Assembly (NCBI GenBank): GCA_030704615.1 | Contig: CM060732.1 | Location: 63,612,001 to 63,676,000, forward strand | Source: Takakia lepidozioides | Taxonomy: Eukaryota; Plantae; Bryophyta | DNA: 64,000 nucleotides | Direction: 5' to 3' | Shown here: positions 50,175 through 62,480 of the stretch, piece after piece | Numbering within the stretch: the first letter of the stretch is position 1 | How the letters are laid out: each line of letters begins with the position of its first letter | Notes under the pieces: model-generated | Seen by the model: the letters and a program-made list of their open reading frames with translations, nothing else | Databases searched by the model: none | Told to the model about the DNA's origin: nothing | Program-made: the position numbers and the translations under genes

Positions 50175-50830
50175 TGCCATTGTTTTGAAATTTAAGAAAA
50201 AAAACTGAAATATGAATTTTATTTTATTTTATGAAAACGGGTATGTGCCGGTGCATATGAAATCTGAGGGCCATTATCCCCTGTTTCGGGAGGGAAAAAA
50301 AAAACAACAACAAACAAACTGAATTTTGAATTTTATTTTGTTCTATGAAAAGTGGTATGGGCCGGCGCAAACAAAATCTGACCCCTGTTTTGGAAAAAAA
50401 AATTAAATCTGAATTTTATTTTATTTTATGAAAAGCGGTATGTGCCAGCAAAATCTGAGGGCCACTGTCCCCTGGGGGGAAAATATATATATATATAAAA
50501 CTGAAATCTGAAAGTTTCTTTTATTTTATGAAAAGCAGTATGCGCTGCCGCATATAAAATCTGAGGGCCACTGTCCCTGTTTTGAAAATTAAAAAAATAA
50601 AAATAAAGAAAAAACTGAAATCTGAATTTTATTTTGTTTTATGAAAATGGGTATTGCGTCGGCACAACAAAATCTGAGGGCCACTATCTGAAAAAAAAAA
50701 AAAAACCAAAAACAAAAGCAAAAACTGAAATTTGATTTTTTTTTAAAAGGAAAAGGGTATGCGCTGGCACAAACGAAATCTGAGGGCCATGTTTTTTATT
50801 TTTAAATAATTATTTTTTTTTGAAAAAAAA
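50175..50830. repeat. About six diverged tandem units of 90-120 bp
   Basis: AAACTGAA..TGAATTTT..TATGAAAA..GGTATG..AAATCTGAGGGCCA recurs. Confidence 0.8.
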
Positions 50831-51247
50831 AACCACTGTTGTCTAAGATACATTTCGTCATGGAAACCTATATGCGCCTTCTTATACCCAGTATGAACAC
50901 TCTGAGGCACTGTTGTTGTCTGAGATTCATGTTCTCACGAAAAACCTATAATCAAAATACTCATTCATGTAACCAGCACACTCATTCTCTTTCACTTCGA
51001 CAATCGCACACTAATGAAATCGTTGTTATAAGATGATGGCAGATGAGGGCCAGGGGTTGGATGGATGCGAAAGATGACGTCTGCAATGGCTGGAAAAATG
51101 TAAATCAATCCGCGGAAATAGGTGCCTCCCGAAGAAATAGGCCCTGTAAGTTTTGAATTCAAAGATGACATGGCGTGAGCCTATGTTGGGCTCACGAGCT
51201 CCTGGGTTCTCAAGCTGACAGCTCTAGGCTCATGGAATAGTATACCT

Positions 51248-51790
51248 GTCTCTCTCTCTCGCCCTGCCGCTGTTCCCAGCCCCTCCCCGCTGCTGGGCGT
51301 TGCTACAGCGCGGAGCAGCGGGGAAGGGCTTGTATTTTTTTTTTTTTGTTGAATCATCTTCCCCTCATTTATTTTATTTTATTTTTTATTTTTTATTTTT
51401 TTTCTCTCTCTCTTTCGCCTTGCCGCTGCTCCCAGCCCTTCCCTGCTGCTCCGCGCTGTAGTAGCGCCCAGCAGCGGGGAGGGTTTTTTTTTTTTTTTTT
51501 GGTTGAATCCCTTCCCCCCCCCCTCTTTCTCTCGCCCTGCCGCTGCTCTCAGCCCCTCTCCGCTCCTTGGCGCTGTAGTAGTGCCGAACAGCGGGGATGG
51601 ATTTATTTATTTATTTATAGTTGAATCACCCCCACCCTCTCTCTCTCTCTCTCTCGCTGTGCCGCTGCTCCTAGCCCCTCCCCGCTGCTGTAGCAGGGGG
51701 GAGGGGTTTTTTTTTTTTTTTTTTGTTGAATCACTCATCTCTCTCTCTCTCTCTCTCGTCCTGCCGCTGCTACCCGCCCCTCTCTTTCTC
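51248..51790. repeat. Four to five tandem units of (CT)n-CCGCTGCT...CAGCGGGG-poly-T-GTTGAATC
   Basis: Most units contain an inverted pair CCCCGCTGCT / AGCAGCGGGG. Confidence 0.7.
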
Positions 51791-52774
51791 CCTCTCCCAG
51801 GGGTGCGTTCCTGTGCAGCTCGCCGATATACCCAATTGCGAAATAACTGTTGCACTTGTACAAGTGTGGTAAGTCCCTCTCCATGTACCCGTGTCAACTC
51901 TGTAGCTTTATCAAAGGTGATATTGCGGCCTCGAAATGACTTCCTCAAAGTATGCTTCACATTTGACTCCAATTATATGCGTCGTTTGTAATTCTTCAAT
52001 TCAAAATGACCAAACATTAGTGCAACTTGGTATTAATATAATATTTTTTAAATTGTTCAACATAATAATGCAACAATAGAATGATATATGTACATGAACT
52101 TACCGGGATAAGATTGTCCAAAACCAGTCGCAACTTGAGATACTGGGCTCTCATCTCAGCATCAAAGCACATACGATCCCACTCCGCGATCTACATGATA
52201 ATGTCATTTTGTTAGCAAAATTATCACAATATAATTAGATATAGACAATGATACATCATAGTCATTTATGTCACGGACATAGCCCAGATGAACTTGCCAG
52301 GAGTAAATACCAAAAGTTACCAAGTTACCATGTTATCAGAAGTTACCATGATATACCATGATTTATCATTACTTACCATGTTACCGAGATTTTACCAAAT
52401 TACCAAAAGTAACTTAGGAAACTGCTCAGGAAGCTTAATTTGGAGGAAACTTCTCCATCAAGATACCTCTTTTGTTTAAAGAAACTTCTCAATCAAGAAA
52501 CCTTTGTTTAACCTTGGAAACTGCTCCATCAAGAAACCTCATTTGTGGAAGCCTCTTAGGGAACCTCCTAGTAGCCAGTATATATAGGAGGGGAGACTGG
52601 ACACTCTTCAGTCTCGCCAACACCAATTCAAGCTACTCTTGTTTCCAGTTCCTAGTAGTCTATTCTTATTTACTCATCGTACATACGGCCACGCCGACCA
52701 TGACTTCTTGTCTAGCCTTGTACCTCTAATATGATCTATTGTTTGTGTTCAGTCATGTTTTCGTCCTTGATAGT

Positions 52775-52785
52775 TTGGCGAGACT
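52775..52785 (+). promoter_or_regulatory. Self-priming PBS
   Basis: TTGGCGAGACT is the reverse complement of AGTCTCGCCAA (52610-52620), which lies about 25 nt downstream of the LTR TATA box. Confidence 0.75.
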
Positions 52786-52810
52786 AAAATTTGTTCCTTA
52801 GTTAGTTAAG

Positions 52811-55800
52811 ATGGAAGACACATTTATGGAAATGGTCGCCACATTGCAGAATCTTCAGCTCCAGATGCAAGAACTTCGTGCCTCTATTGCCCAACTACAA
52901 GCTGATCAGTCTCAAGATCTTGACAACGCTCTCAACAATTTGCAACAACAAATTTCAGAGTTGAAGGAGTCGAACAATGGATCTTCAATTTTACGAGTCC
53001 ATATTACAACAAATCATACTGCAACGGTTTTTCCAAATCTTCAACAGATTACAAGGGAATAAAATGTCAGCATGCCCGAGAAATTTGATGGGACGAGATC
53101 AAGATTTCGCGGTTTTGTTCAACAAGTACAATTGTTCCTACGATTACATCCACAACGCTACCTTGATAAAGGTATTCAAGTGAGATTCGTGGGCACCATT
53201 CTATCAGGCACTGTCCTATCTTGGTTTGCACCGCTATTAGAGAAAAATTCGCATTTACTATACAATTTTGAAGCATTTATGTCCGAGTTCACTGCAACAT
53301 TTGGAGAATGATAGAGAGAGAGTTGCAGAGACAAAAATGCAAAATCTTCAACAAAGAGCACGTTTTGCTTCCGTTTATGCCGCCAAATTTCGACAACTTG
53401 CGTGCAATCTCGGCTGGAATGAGAAGAGCCTCATTAGTCAGTTTTGATGTGGCTTAAAAGAGGATGTAAGAGATTTGTTGCTGATAATGTCAAACGTGAG
53501 TACACTGAGCGAATTCATCACCCAAGTCATTGCATGCAATAATCGTTTGTTCGAAAGACGTCAAGAGAAGCGATCTGGATGGTCGACGACGCACTATGCT
53601 GCTACTACTACAGCACCAAACACAACGATTCATTAGACATCCGGTAATGATCATATGCAGATTGATGCTGTCCGATTCAAGCCATTGACGCCACAATAAA
53701 AACAAAGACGGCGTTCGAATGGATTATGTATTTATTGCGGAGAAGATGATCACATAACATTAAACTGCCCCAACAAGATAAGATTAAAAGCTCGGGGCAC
53801 AACTCAAGTGTTCGATATGAGGAGGTCAGAAAGTGAAGATATCCAGTCACAGTAGGGACCATGCGGCTGGACACCCCAAATTTCTCACAAAAAAAATGTT
53901 TCTCTCTACCTCCAGACCTTGTACCTTATTTTACAGTTCCAGTAAAGATCAGGATGCAAAATTGAGATATCTCCGTAGAAGCACTTTTAGACTTGGGCGC
54001 TTCAGCGTGTTTTATTGACAAAGACTTTGCGAAGCAACACAATTTAACGCTCGTAAGAAATAAATTCTTAGCCCCTGTTGAAGTCATCGATGGACGACCG
54101 TTAGCATCAGGAAATATTGACCATGAAACTCGACCCCTTGAAGTGAAGCTTAAAAATGAAGCATCACAGATTGTTTTCAATGTCATCCAGTCTCCAACGA
54201 ATCCTGTGATCGTTGGACTTCTCTGGTTTGTACTTCATAATCCTGACATCGACTGGCGATCACGAAAAATTTCGGCAAGAAAAAAATGCAAAGCACCAAA
54301 GGTATTCAACCCATGTTTCTTGGAGCTAGAGCCTTCATGAGAGCTACGAAGAAAGACGCGACATTTGCACTTTATGGGACTCCAATCAAAACCACAACAA
54401 ACCAAGGTACTTCGACATTACCCACTCAATATCAAGATTTCAAGGATGTCTTCGAGAAGAAAAATGCAGACATGTTGCTAGAACATCGACATTATGATTG
54501 TGCAATTGAGTTGTAAGAATGAGCTCAACCACCATTCGGCCCCATCTACAATTTATCTCAGACAGAGCTGGTTTACGCGAATACATCGATGAAAATTTGT
54601 CAAAGAATTTCATTCGACATTCGAAATCACTCGCGGGATCACCTATTTAAAAAGAAGGACGGATCGTTACGCATGTGTGTGGACTATCGTGGGCTCAACA
54701 AAGTCACTATAAAAAATCGATACCCACTACCGCTGATTTTTGGACTCCTCGAACAACTTGGACGAACAATTTTTTTCATAAATATCGACTTGAGAGGAAC
54801 TTACAACTTTGTACGAATAAAATAAAGAGACGAATGGAAGACTTTTCGCACAAGGTACGGACATTTCGAATACAATGTTATGCTTTTCGGTCTTACAAAT
54901 GCTCCAGCAAATTTTCAACACATGGATGAATGACATATTTCGAGAATTTTTGGATGACTTTGTAGTCATCTATTTGGACGACATTTTGATATTTTCACAG
55001 AATGAAAAAGAACACGGTCGTCATGTACGCCTTGTCCTTGATAAATTGAGAGAAAAATGACTATACACCAAGTTGAAAAAATGTCTTTTCCACCAATCTA
55101 AAGTCAAATTTTTGGGCTACATTGTTTCCGACAAATGAGTCTTTATGGATCAGAAGAAAATACAAACCATCATCGAGTGGATTAAACCAACTTCGGTCCG
55201 AGATATACAATGTTTTCTAGGATTTGCAAATTTCTATAGAATCTTCATCAATGACTACTCCAAAATTGCTGCACCAATAACACGACTCACATGGAAAGAC
55301 AAATTTGTATGGACGAGAAGGCTGACCAAGCATTTGAAAGGCTGGAGCAGACATTTACAACGGCTCCAATATTGGTACATGCAGACCCATCTAAACAAGT
55401 TTTTTTTTAAAGCAAATGCATTGGACTTTGCACTTGGCGCGGTACTCTCTCAATATGGTACAGACGGCCGACTTCACCCTGTTGGTTTTCGCAAATATTC
55501 CGTTGCGGAGATCAATGAAATCCATGACAAAGAACTTCTAGCGATTATTGATGCTTTTGAGAAGTGACGTCATCTATTGGAGGGAGCTCAACATCATGTC
55601 ACTGTCTATACCGATCACAAAAACCTCGAGTATTTTATGAGTGCTCGTGTTTTGAATCGACGTCAAGTGAGATGGAGTATATCACTAGCAAGGTTTGATT
55701 TTGTTATTATCTACCGTCCCGGACATCTTTAAGGAAAACTAGATGCTCTTTCTCGACGATTGTATCTTGCGCCAAAGGAAAGGGATGCAGCTTTTGACCA

Positions 55801-57230
55801 ACAAAAATCCATCTTCTTGAAACCATCAAATCTCCAATTGAATTTGCTATCTATGTCCACCTATGACGATGCAGAGATCATAAAGGAGATTCAGGAAGCA
55901 CTGAAGAGCGACCATTTTGCTAAGACACTACGAAGTCAACTAAATCGACCTCGAGACAACCCGCATGTTACAAACGACTTCGAATTCAAAGATGACTTGT
56001 TTTATTTCAAAGGAATTCTTTATGTATCTCTAGGACCTACATGATTTCGAATTTTTCATGTCACGATTTTCCGGCTGCAGGACGTTTCGGCTTCAACAAA
56101 ACAATGAAATTGATATCCAGGGACTATTGGTGGCTACAGATATGGAAACTCGTGAAAGAATTTATAAAATCTTGCGACATGTATGTTAGAGCGAAGGGAC
56201 CACGACATCGACCTTACGACCTTCTTTAACCAATACCCATTCTCAAGGGTCCATGGTCGTCCGTGTCTATTGACTTTATTACGGACATTCCAATTTCCAA
56301 GACCACCAATTCAATCCTTGTTATTGTAGATCGTTTTACGAAGATGACACATTTCATTCCATGTAATAAGACGGTTACCGGCGAGGAAACTGCAAGACTC
56401 TTCTTCAATAATATCTACCGCATTCATGGACTCCTGAAGGACATCGTATCTGATCGAGGACCACAGTTCATATCAAATTTTTGAAGGGGATTATTTCACA
56501 TATTGGATACTAAGATCAACCTCTCTACAACTAATCATCCACAGACTGATGGTCAAACCGAACGTGTAAACCAAATTTTGGAGCAGTATCTTCGCTGTAC
56601 GATAAATTATCACCAAGATAATTGGACGGACCTTCTATCATTGACTGAGTTTGCCTACAACAACACTATACATTCTTCGACCAAACAAACTTCATTTTTC
56701 TCCAAGCTTACATTCCACCTCGCAGAAGCTAAAAAACAATACAAGGAGTATGCAGATTAACGTCGCCAACTCCAACCCAAGTTCAAGGTCGGAGATTGTG
56801 CATGGCTTCTTCGACGAGACATACAAACCTCGTGACCATCAAGGAAGTTGGATTATCAACGCTTGGGACCATTCAAAATTATTCGACAAATAAATCCGGT
56901 CAGTTTTCGGCTTAAACTCCCACGAAGTATGCGCATCCATCCAATCTTTCATGTTTCATTATTGGAGTTGTATCATCCATCGAATATTCCAGGGAGAGTC
57001 TCCGTACCACCTCCACCAATCGAAATCAATCAAGAAATTGAGTATGAAGTCGATGAAGTCATAGACTCTCGCATCAAGTATAAACATCTTGAGTATTTCG
57101 TACATTGGAAAGGTTACGACATCAACGAACGAACATGAGAATCTTCATCCAACCTCGCCAATGCATCTGACAAAGTCCAAGAGTTTCATCAACGATATCT
57201 AGCTAAGCCCCGAGCTACACGTCAATAAGA
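52811..57230 (+). pseudogene. Chromovirus gag-pol relic
   Basis: PEKFDGTRS, GASACFID, LRMCVDYRGLN, YLDDILI, IDFITD, DRGPQF, GPFKI and chromodomain [10 protein letters not shown]...YFVHWKGY. Many stops and frameshifts. Confidence 0.92.
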
Positions 57231-57375
57231 CGTCACAATAATGATGTCAGCCAAGTTAGCTTCAAGGTGAAGACTCCACATTCAATGTATCTGATACATG
57301 TTAAGGAGGGAGGAGCACCACACATCAATATATATAGCTACACTTTCAGCACTCTTGCATCTTGTATTGGCAGCA

Positions 57376-57770
57376 TGGAGTCACATGAACCAGATACATT
57401 AGAGTTGTCGCTTACCCAACTACCAGATCAGCCGTTCCGATTCTTACGACCTTCAACATGATGCCGACGATCTCGAGACGATGGGTCACCAATGCGACGC
57501 GTACTTTCTCGTCTGGACCCCGTACTACGGCAAATGGAGCCTACTCGAAGTTTGATAATTCTGTTGGAGGTTAAAGCTTCGGAGCCTGAGGACAATGAAA
57601 TCATGTTTGAAGACAGTTTCGAAAATCAGAATGCTCAAATCACTGCGTGGTCCCCAAGTCAAGGTGTTGGACACTATCGATGGTTGCAGGGACCTGTAAA
57701 TCATTTGAGCCAAGAACGAAGAGCCAAATACTTGGCAAATACCATTCGTCGAATTTTGGATTTTCTCTAG
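57376..57770 (+). pseudogene. Extra ORF (about 130 aa) between the chromodomain and the PPT
   Basis: MESHEPDTL... joins in frame across one TGA to MRRVLSRL...RILDFL. TATA-like TATATA near 57329. Confidence 0.35.
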
Positions 57771-59000
57771 CTCTAAGCAAGTCTAAGATTTTACTGCTTC
57801 TCGAGGAACTCGACGCTAGAGGAGAGGGTGATGTCACGGACATGGCCCAGAATAACTTACTAGGGGTAAATATCAGAAGTTACCAAGTTACCATATTATC
57901 AGAAGTTATCATGACTTACTGTGATTTACCATGATCTACCATGATTTATCATTATTTATCATGTTACCGAAAGTTTATCAAATTATCAAGAGTAACTTGG
58001 GAAACTGCTCAGGAAGCTTCCTTTGGAGGAAATTTCTTCATCAAGATATCTCATTTGTTTAAGGAAGCTTCTCCATCAAAAAACTTTTGTTTAAAGAAAC
58101 TTCTCAATTAAGAAACCTTTGTTTAACCTTGGAAACTTCTCCATCAAGAAACCTCCTTTGGGAAAGCCTCTTAGGGAACCTCCTAGTAGCCAGTATATAT
58201 AAGAGGCGAGACTGGACACTCTTCAGTCTCGCCAACACCAATTCAAGCTACTCTTGTTTCCAGTTTTTAGTACTCCAGTCCAGTTTCCAGCATTCCAGTA
58301 TTTAAGTCGTGTTCCAATATATTGTACTCTTGTTCATTGTTATAAAGATCGTCTTGATTCCTATTTACTCATAGTGCATACGACCACGCCGACCTTGACT
58401 TCTTGTCTAGTCTTGTACCTCTAATCTGATCTCTTGTTTGTGTTCAATCATGTTATCGTCCTTGACAATTTATATGTCAATAATGTTAATTAGTCCGAAT
58501 GTTACTTACGTATGGTTGCATCCGGTCCTCCTTGACCAGCCCCTTGTGCCGTACACAAGTTCTTCATCTCTCTGTGTTTTCTCTCTAACACCTCGTTCTT
58601 CATGCGACCAATAGTGACACATTCAGACAATAGTGCCGCAATCTGACCTACATGTGCCCCTTGTACGTGAATATAGTCTCATATGTCCATGGATGCATGC
58701 CACATGAACTCCTTGCATAAGAAACCGATATTGTGCAAAACACATATAATGTCAGAACTATGGTTTATGTAATAGCATCCATCCATCCATAAAAATGGCA
58801 AATGACAATAAACCCAAAATACCTATAATCTCCAGTAGGCTCAGTGCCTAGCGGCCATGTATTATAGCGTTGTTGAAGACTGTCAAACCGCTTGTAAAAG
58901 TCCCACATTTGCCAAATATGATGAAAGCGTCGTGGAATCGGTAATCCGTCTATGACCTGTATCCATCACCATTTATATTCGTTTATTAAAAATACATATA

Positions 59001-59532
59001 CCGTACTTACCTAGCTTATCAGGCAATAATTAATTCAAAATCAGGTGCCTAACTAAATTTAGAATTTTTTTACAAAATGTACCTAAAACTTGGAAAAACC
59101 TCCTAAGAACTGCCCAATTGCTCAAAAATTGTGGAAAATACCAAAATGTCCAAATACGTGGGGAAAATGCCTAAATTATATTATTTAAAGTCCAAAAAAT
59201 GGCAAAAACACCTACAATTTAAATTTTCATATCCAGGTTTAGGATTTTGGTAGTACCAGGCGTGTAGGTGCGTACAGCCTTCACTGCATCCATTCTTTTA
59301 TCACATATCAAACATTATGTGTTTTTAAAATAAAATAACCTCAACAATAATTTTTGAGGGAGGTAAAAAACTATTGTTCATCATTATCCAGCCTGGTTGA
59401 CTGAAATACATGTCTAATATTTGGAAATTACCTAGTGGAGGTGCCTAAATAATAAAAACGAATCTGCCTAATGATATTTTATTTGTATTAATTATTAGGC
59501 ACGGAAGTGCCTAATAAGCTAGATAAGTACGG
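59001..59532. mobile_element. Tc1/mariner-type MITE in a transposase intron
   Basis: TIR CCGTACTTACCTAGCTTATCAGGCA / TGCCTAATAAGCTAGATAAGTACGG with TA on both flanks. Confidence 0.85.
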
Positions 59533-61482
59533 TATGTTGCAAGATGTAATTTAAAAAATGGAGCCCCAGTATGTAAACATGCGGGGATTAGTTTAATTAC
59601 CAACAAAAACTCTTCATGTTGTGCCAATATCCTGTCGGAGATGGACCCGTCTGATTGTCCATACAAAATATCATAGTACTGAGTGCCTTTGTGTGTATGA
59701 GTATCCATTCGACAACCGATCCGGAATGATGGCCCCTACATCCAAGTCAAGGAACATTCAACATTAGGAACAAGCTATAATGTGAAAAAATGATTTTTTT
59801 TTAATATAATGACAAAGTATACAATGTCAAATATATGAAAAAATAACTAAAATATCTCACCGTCAGGATGTTATAAATGCGTGTGAAGCGACTAAGGCCT
59901 TCTCGAAGAGGCATTGTCTTGTCAGGTTCCTGTGCTATCATCTGCAAATGTCACATCATCTTTAAGACAGTACGAATAATGGCATGTCGCGCACAATAGG
60001 CTAGTCCACTCATCGGAGGCGGGGTCACATACATTGCACGTGAATAGATTTTATCAATTTAAATGATACGACTATGTCGACTCATAAATGTATCATGTCA
60101 GACATAATATACCATTTTTATTTTATTCTAGCGTGAAATAAATAATAAATTAAAATTAAAATGATAGTACACTAGGATAGTGGCTCGAGACCCGTGATAC
60201 AACTTTGACTGCGTAGCAAATACAAAATACCTTTAATGCGTTTATGCGGTCCATAGCCCAATTGTCGACATGAGCTATAACCACTAGCGCAGCATCTTTG
60301 CCCTCCTACTTGGCGATGGATGCACATGATAAAATGCCACGGTCACATAATAGCTCCAATACAATCTCACATACCTGATACAAAAAATGCATATAGTTTA
60401 ATAATTTGATATAACTTCATAAAATTTCAAATATTATATGATTGAAATCAAACACAATCAAACTTGTCCGTCTTTGCCATAGTGCAGCCGTGAGTCGATA
60501 CCGAGTTTCACCACACTCCGTATGTGAAACCATCGGTACGAGTCCAACCAAGCCCTGCTGCAGATGCCTCTTCGTAGAAATCCTGAACAAATAAAGTGAA
60601 CATTGATTGTCACATTATACATTTATTCAAACGACTAAATTAAAAATGTTACATATACGGATTTATGCAAAATATATAAACAAATAAGCACAAAATATAA
60701 ACATACATTCGTCTGTTGTACAACATTAGTCGAATTAACGTTCTTAAAAATTCCGTGAACATCAAACGGCCAAAACACTCATGTATCGTGGCTATAAGAC
60801 GCCCAGCCTCACGATCACGAATGGAGCCCCATACATCTTAAGTCTGAACAATAAAATCTAATGTCAAATGACGATGGTCTGGGCTTTGACCAATGTATTA
60901 TATAGCGCGTGAAATCTCAACGTCGCTGCAGTTCGTCATTGGCACACCAGTGACAACGGATGCCAGATATGTCATGCCCCACCTGAACTGCCTCCGGTGT
61001 CGGTCATATGCACCAGAAGACCTATGTAGCTCATTAATTGGCAATCTCCATCGGGTGTTTGCATGAGAGGTGTCATGTCGCGACCTTTTGCTTTGAGAGC
61101 CCTGCACACCGGGTTGCGGTGGGGATGGATCCACGAATGTACATGGTAACAGACACATACCACCTCGGAAGTGGTTGTGGGTTCAATCCACCGATTGGTG
61201 TCACAAATGTGTCCACCTTCATAACGGAAGGCAGTAACCTATTGTGGTGAAGAGACCTCATAATTTACGTTTCATTGGGGAGACCGTCGGACATCAAATA
61301 TTATATTATATTAATGTACATGCTCCGAACCAAGTTGTGTTCAACCAAATTATGAATTCAAATAATATACATGATAATATCTAATTACTATGATTATACA
61401 TTTTTATTCTATTAATATATGTTTATTGTCAATGGCCTCTAAGTATGCAATCTTGTGTTTTGGTGGTTCAATATGATGTAGT

Positions 61483-61951
61483 ATGGATACGGATGCTCCG
61501 AATTTGTCCAGGGATTGTGAGCCACATTCTAGACCGACTGCAAAGCCTTCACGTCGTCATGCCCCTCATATTCTCCCAGAATTAGCCACACCATGGACAT
61601 GACAACTAGTATTCACTAGTAGGGATAGCAGTCGTCAGAGACCATTGCGTCAGAATCAGTCTTCACCGGTGCATGAGGCTGTTGTTCGTCCTACAGTCAC
61701 CATCGATGATAATGGTGATAGTGATGAGATTCCCCATCACATGGATGTTGACCATGTTCCTGATCCACATGCTCTCCTTCCACTTATGGAGGATGAGCTA
61801 GAGGTAGCATTGGAGAGTATCGAACTTTGTACATCGGGTCATAGCGATAGTGTTGACAGTGCACCCATTATGCCACATGTTCATGGCATGGATATATCGA
61901 GTGGGGGGCCAGCTTGTGGAGGTCCACAATCATATGCATCGACAGTTGGCA
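61483..61951 (+). pseudogene. Low-complexity ORF relic of unknown origin
   Basis: About 155 codons in one frame with one stop, acidic and Pro-rich, cut by the LTR at 61952. Confidence 0.25.
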
Positions 61952-62480
61952 TGCCGCGCACCTCACTTCAGTAATCTCTCATTCAAATCATAATTACTCG
62001 CTTTGATGCGCGCGCATAACTCCCAAACTGGCCGTCGGGCCAACTCGGAGCTTCGGCTGCTCACCGGGACAGAACGGTCCCCCTTTGCTCCTCCACAAAA
62101 CCCTTTCTCAATTCGGGCCTAGTGGAAATTCCTTTTGGATGTTGGCAGTCCGGAACAACTCCCCACACCTTGGTCGCTTTCCGGCACGTTTGCTTACTCA
62201 CTAGTTTTTGGTCACCAATGGGTTTGCACCGTTCTCGGGGGTTACTACTCCATATACTTCTGTGACTGTCCACGGGGGTTTCACAAACAACACCCTTATT
62301 TTATGGCGATCCACCATGAAAACCCTTGATTCTCGGTGATAAGTCGCGATGAGTCTTGGCCCACCCACCATGGCCCCATTGGACCGTGATGAGTCCCAAG
62401 ACTCCTCACGACTCCACCACAAGGTCTCCGCCCCATGGTGAGTCATATGTCACCCCCACTAAGACCCACTAAGCTACCAC
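61952..62480 (-). mobile_element. Truncated LTR of the 10187-10912 family
   Basis: Reverse complement of about 10380-10912, including the terminal GTGAGGTGC segment. Confidence 0.88.

Larger units (their letters stand above)
52269..58467 (+). mobile_element. Full-length decayed Ty3/gypsy chromovirus (Tcn1/Tf1-like)
   Basis: LTRs at 52269-52772 and 57832-58467, TSD ATTTA on both sides, PPT at 57818-57831, and gag-PR-RT-RH-INT-chromodomain inside. Confidence 0.95.
51800..61240 (-). pseudogene. Intron-rich DDE transposase relic, RAG1/Transib/Chapaev-like, with a homeodomain-like C-terminus
   Basis: GT-AG exons 60374-60231, 59941-59861, 59735-59601 and 58956-58823 join in frame, as do 52190-52104 and 51993 onward. 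Motifs DGD, CHWC, TIHECFGRL, YIHVQGAHV and IGRMKNEVLE. Confidence 0.55.
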
